The notes under the pieces: generated by a model
The model's database searches: none
Seen by the model: only the letters and a program-made list of their open reading frames with translations
Told to the model about the DNA's origin: nothing
Assembly (NCBI RefSeq): GCF_947568905.1
Contig: NC_079170.1
Coordinates: 49,972,001 to 50,036,000 of the forward strand
Origin: Ostrea edulis
Lineage: Eukaryota
Length of the DNA: 64,000 nt
Reading direction: 5' to 3'
Translations under genes and position numbers: made by a program
Shown here: positions 59,901 to 64,000 of the stretch, one piece after another
Layout: each line of letters opens with the position of its first letter
How positions within the stretch are numbered: the stretch's first letter is position 1

Positions 59901-60367
59901 AAGGGGCGTAGCTAGGACTATTTCAATGTGTAGGCCCGAAAGATGAAGGTTTGACAGAGACGCGAAGCGCCGATAGGAGGTGGGTGGGTGCGATAAGGGA
60001 TTGTCCCTTCTCGCTTTGGGGAAGGGTGGGTCGAGGGTCACCCCCGAGAAATTTTTGAAATATTAGGATTCATTTGCACCACTCTACTCTGAGCATCAAG
60101 ATAATTGCAATAGACATTAAATATTGTACAACTTTTCAAAGATTTTTAAACTGTGAAGTCGAGTGTCAGCATGCAGAAGTTTATGAAAATATATCTAACC
60201 ATTATTCATATCATGTAGAATAAGATAATAATTCTATATCCGATTTTAAAAACTAGAAATATATATGAACATATTTTTTGCAAATATTTTTGGACAAAAA
60301 TGTGTTTTGAAAATGAAAATAATAAGTAGGCACGTGCCTACTCCAGCCTAACGCAGCTACGCTCCTG
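59901..60367. mobile_element. hAT-like MITE in USP-2 intron 1
   Basis: AGGGGCGTAGCT ... AGCTACGCTCCTG TIRs; no clear TSD. Confidence 0.6.
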
Positions 60368-60789
60368 TGCCATTATTCAAGTGTTTTTGATTTACATGTA
60401 ATATTTGTATATTATTAACATCTGTTTCTTATTTAGTTAATAGTAGTGAGTGTATTTATTATGTGCTATCTACAACAGATCGACAATTTCCTGAACTTTT
60501 TATTGTTCTCCATCTTCATTAAATGTTCTCTTTTTAAGTGGTTCAGGCGAGAGTACATTGGGTGTGTTTTGGGAATTTAGATAATGAAAGTGTATGGCAT
60601 TAAGGAAATATTGAAAGATTAGATTATATGAATGTTGTCAAGTAATGTACATTATTTAGTATCAGTGATGGCATATGGATACATAACTGTCAAATATTAC
60701 ACGTTTGTAGACGCAACAGAATGCAAACGTAGGTAGTGATTGCTCCTTCGCTAAACATTTGACATTTAGAAGTGAGCAGATCGAAGGGC

Positions 60790-60925
60790 AGGCGTTTTAA
60801 GAATCCCCATTGCTACGGCCTTGAGCGCTTAGCATAGGTCTAAATTTGTGGTACTTCCCCTACAGCTGGTGACGTCTCAATATGAGTGGAATATTCTCGA
60901 CGGGACGTAAAGCAATCAATCAACC
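60790..60925 (+). mobile_element. Diverged SINE 3-prime fragment
   Basis: GGTGACGTCTCAATATGAGTGGAATATTCTCGACGGGACGTAAA followed by (CAAT)n. Confidence 0.65.
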
Positions 60926-61042
60926 GATCACATTGTCAGTAGAAAGTTCTCAAATTAGTTCTAAATATAAACGATGTTAAATTGCCATCGAACCGCAATG
61001 TGTAGAGGAAGCTGGCTATGTAATTTGGTTTTTAATTTACAG

Positions 61043-61138
61043 GGTTTTGTAAATCTATGAAGAGGGAAAATGATAAAGTGGTGATGGTTTACTCTGTAGA
61101 AATTAGTGACGCAATGAAATCAAAACAGTGGTTTCAAG
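61043..61138 (+). CDS. USP-2 exon 2
   Basis: TTTACAG|GG TTT TGT... = (W)FCKSMKRENDKVVMVYSVEISDAMKSKQWFQ+G|GTAAGC; phases 1/1. Confidence 0.88.
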
Positions 61139-61475
61139 GTAAGCAGAAATTAGTGACGCAATGAAATCAAAACAGTGGTTTCAAGGTAAGCAGAAATTAG
61201 TGACGCAATGAAATCAAAACAGTGGTTTCAAGGTAAGCAGAAATTAGTGACGCAATGAAATCAAAACAGTGGTTTCAAGGTAAGTAGAAATCAGTGACAC
61301 CTTGGCATCGAAACAGCGCTTTCAAGTTCAATAGATATTGGTGACTCCATGACATCAAAGCAGTGGTTTCTAAATAAGTAAAATACAGTGACATTATGAC
61401 ATCAAACGAGTGGATTTAGGGTCAGTAACAAATACAGTGACATTATGACATCACAGTAGTGGTTTCAAGGTAAGT
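61096..61475 (+). repeat. 47-bp tandem array built from the USP-2 exon 2 end and its splice donor (4 near-identical + ~4 diverged units)
   Basis: AGAAATTAGTGACGCAATGAAATCAAAACAGTGGTTTCAAG|GTAAGC at 61098, 61145, 61192, 61239; diverged units to 61475. Confidence 0.95.
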
Positions 61476-61642
61476 ACACATACATCGTGTAGTGACAGCA
61501 ATCAGTAAGATCAGGGTAAGCAGCCTGGGGATGAGAAATTACACTTACATTTTATCAATAAATTTCTATAGCTTTACCCCTTAAGAATTATCCAGTACAT
61601 TACTGTGCGTGTTTGTCTCCAGAATTATGCTTTTGTTTCTAG

Positions 61643-61743
61643 TATCAACCTCTGAAGCAGATATGAAAGCAGCTATTGATAAAAACATGGAAATAGTCAA
61701 AGGAAAGTTGAACGAATTCGCCAAACTTATGGAAAGTGAACAT
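61643..61743 (+). CDS. USP-2 exon 3 (exon 4 not found in window)
   Basis: TTTCTAG|TA TCA... = (V)STSEADMKAAIDKNMEIVKGKLNEFAKLMESEH|GTAAGT; phases 1/0 as in USP-1 exon 3. Confidence 0.85.
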
Positions 61744-63510
61744 GTAAGTACGGCGTATCTGAAGTGACACTGTCTTTACGTTACACGCTACGAAATCACC
61801 GTTTTCTCTGTAACGACCAAAATATTGCGGCACACATTTTAAAAAAAAAATCATTTTAATTGTTACATTTATTTTGAAACGTGGTTCGTTACCATATTAA
61901 CGGGCTATATCTATATAGGAAAAAACAGGAAAATTTGAGTTAGGGGAAAATTTCACTTCAATTTAAAATATCACGAATATTTGACAAGGAATTTTTGCTA
62001 CATGATGAGATAAAGTAGTAACAATATTGATTAATTTGTAATTTTATCTAGAATTGGTATCATTACTGTATACCAGCTCGTAATTCAGGCTCGAATGACC
62101 AAAATTTAGCAATTTTACTGTTTTCTTTGACCAACTCATGAGCGAAAAGCCAGTCACATTAAAGATAATCAAATATTAATTTAAGAAGAAGGTAGATAAA
62201 TTTTATAATGCAGATTTAAAAACAAAACACCTCAACTGGCAAATGGCATGGAAAGTATCAATTTGTTGAATTTTGCATATTGAGTTATCTCCTTTTGCGT
62301 AATTTTTAATGTAGGATATATTCTGATCAGACATTTGGGGAAAATGCATTTTAAACCTTTTGACCATTACTATAATTATATGTACATATAACTGGATGTA
62401 TATTAATGTGAAGAAGTTGATGAATACATTCAAATTCAAATGTTTGCTGACCAATAAAAATACCTTATAGTATTTAGTATATCGTAAACATTAAAATTGG
62501 AAGAATAAAATTTTAAAAAATTTCAACTCAAATCGTGACCATGCCGCTTTAATTCATCCCATTGACCTTATCTACATGTGTATACTGGACCTTGACCTTT
62601 GGCATAAATCTCCTTACAAAAACTTATCGAATTATGTTTCTCCTGAAAACAAATGTTTCCATAGATATTGATCAAGGTGTGATTGAAATTGATCACTGTT
62701 CGTTATCTTCACTTTTCTTGCTTTAAGAAAGTTACGATTATTATTGAAAATGTGCATTTTGGCAGAGGAAATTCAGATTTAATTCTTGTCTTTTAAGAAT
62801 AGATTTGTGTAATTTTCTTTGTTGTTTTTTAATCTAAATTTTGGGGGGAAGAATAATAATTTTAAAAAATACTAATGAAAAATTGCCATCATGTTAAGGT
62901 GGCATGAGAAGTTATTAGTCAGCTGAAAATTGCTACCTGTAGCTGAATTTTTTGTTTAACTGAAGAAATTCGAATTACATTCTAAGTATGATAATTTTAG
63001 GTCAATATGTACTTTATCAAAGTTAGATGTAAGTTATAAGAATGATATTCAATGCTGAAAGAAAAGAACAAAGATGTACGATTGTCTTTATGTTTGCTGC
63101 ACTCAGTGTTAATTCTAAAAGTTAGAAGAATGCATATCTAAAGCTGATTTTGTTGAAAGGGTAGCTATGACAACTAAGTTTTTCAATTGATATGTTGATA
63201 TCTGCAATTCTGAATTGATTTTTTTTTCCAAATACATGTATGTCGATTTTAAATCTAATTGTCCAAACAAGCTGATTTATCATATCAATATTAGACATGT
63301 ACAGCTTTTTCACGAATTAGGTTGCCATAACAACCATTCTAGAAGTTGTATTTTGATTTCTTTATGTCAATTTAACTGCTGAAAAATTAATAGTCAATCA
63401 TTAAGAAAGAATAGTGTTATTATTTTGTGTATAATAAAAGTGTATTGAAACTTTAATGAAAAGGAAAATTTGAATTTTATACATTGTGTGTATATTTTTA
63501 TAATTTTCTG

Positions 63511-63933
63511 ATGAAATGTGAAGATAACAAGCAGTGATCAATCTCATAACTCCTGTAAGGAGTACAAAATAAAGAGTTGGGCAAGCACGGACCCCTGGAT
63601 ATACCAGAGGTAGGATGAAGCGCCCAGGAGGAGTAAGCATCCCCTGTCAATCGGTCATACCTGCAGTGAGCCCTGTATCTTGATCAGGTAAACGGAGTAA
63701 TACGTAGTCAAAATCAGTGTGCCAAGAACGGCACAACAACTGGTATGAAATACGTCAGACAGCATTTGACCCAATGATAGGTCGTATTGGCTAACTAGAT
63801 TATTATAACGATCATAGAATTTGCTAAATGTTTTAGTATATCCAGGAGTCCGTGTTTGCCAAACTTTCTACAGTATTTGTATTCCTAATAAGAGTTATGA
63901 GATTAATCACTGTTCGTTATCTTCACCTTTCAT
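63511..63933. mobile_element. Penelope-like (possibly Naiad-type) 3-prime fragment with an inverted copy of its own end
   Basis: 63511-63830 on minus encodes FSKFYDRYNNLVSQYDLSLGQMLSDVFHT plus the family 3-prime UTR; 63836-63933 repeats the 3-prime end on plus. Confidence 0.7.
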
Positions 63934-64000
63934 TTGTCGATTCTGAAATCTATTGATTCTAAAATATTACAGTGAACTCGACAAAAAGACACCTCCGAGT

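Noticed and set aside
61096-61475. CRISPR-like array or independent repeat-encoded protein
   Set aside because: No spacers; the unit is explained by the USP-2 exon end and donor.
61744-64000. USP-2 terminal exon
   Set aside because: No GxRG...GSVS-coding exon found by eye; presumed outside the window.

Overview
AT-rich animal genomic DNA, most likely an oyster-type bivalve (inferred from Cg170-like satellite units, Helentron-type non-autonomous elements and bivalve SINEs); no prokaryotic features. Host genes, all on the + strand: (1) a globin with a single coding exon and an MGC acylation-type N-terminus (33501-34100); (2) an intronless B-box/coiled-coil/NHL (TRIM-like, RING-less) gene (42799-44442); (3) two tandem, spliced universal stress protein (USP) genes that the ORF track essentially misses: USP-1 (4 exons, 48331-55550, intron 3 apparently GC-AG) and USP-2 (exons 1-3 at 59229-61743, last exon presumably beyond the window). 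Mobile DNA: a young full-length BEL/Pao LTR retrotransposon (21780-27971, 399-bp LTRs differing at 1 base by eye, 5-bp TSD, open 1780-aa ORF, no canonical tRNA PBS) nested in a satellite-bearing Helentron-type element; two RTE LINE copies with TSDs; two or three SINE types; many Helentron-type (HINE), Kolobok-type, TA-target and 9-bp-TSD MITEs; Penelope-like 3-prime fragments; several minisatellites. Most striking observation: the last ~41 nt of USP-2 exon 2 plus its splice donor are tandemly amplified as a 47-bp array, giving a ladder of decoy 5-prime splice sites that all lead to a premature stop, and a related 39-bp array sits in the same intron of USP-1. All alignments and counts were done by eye.
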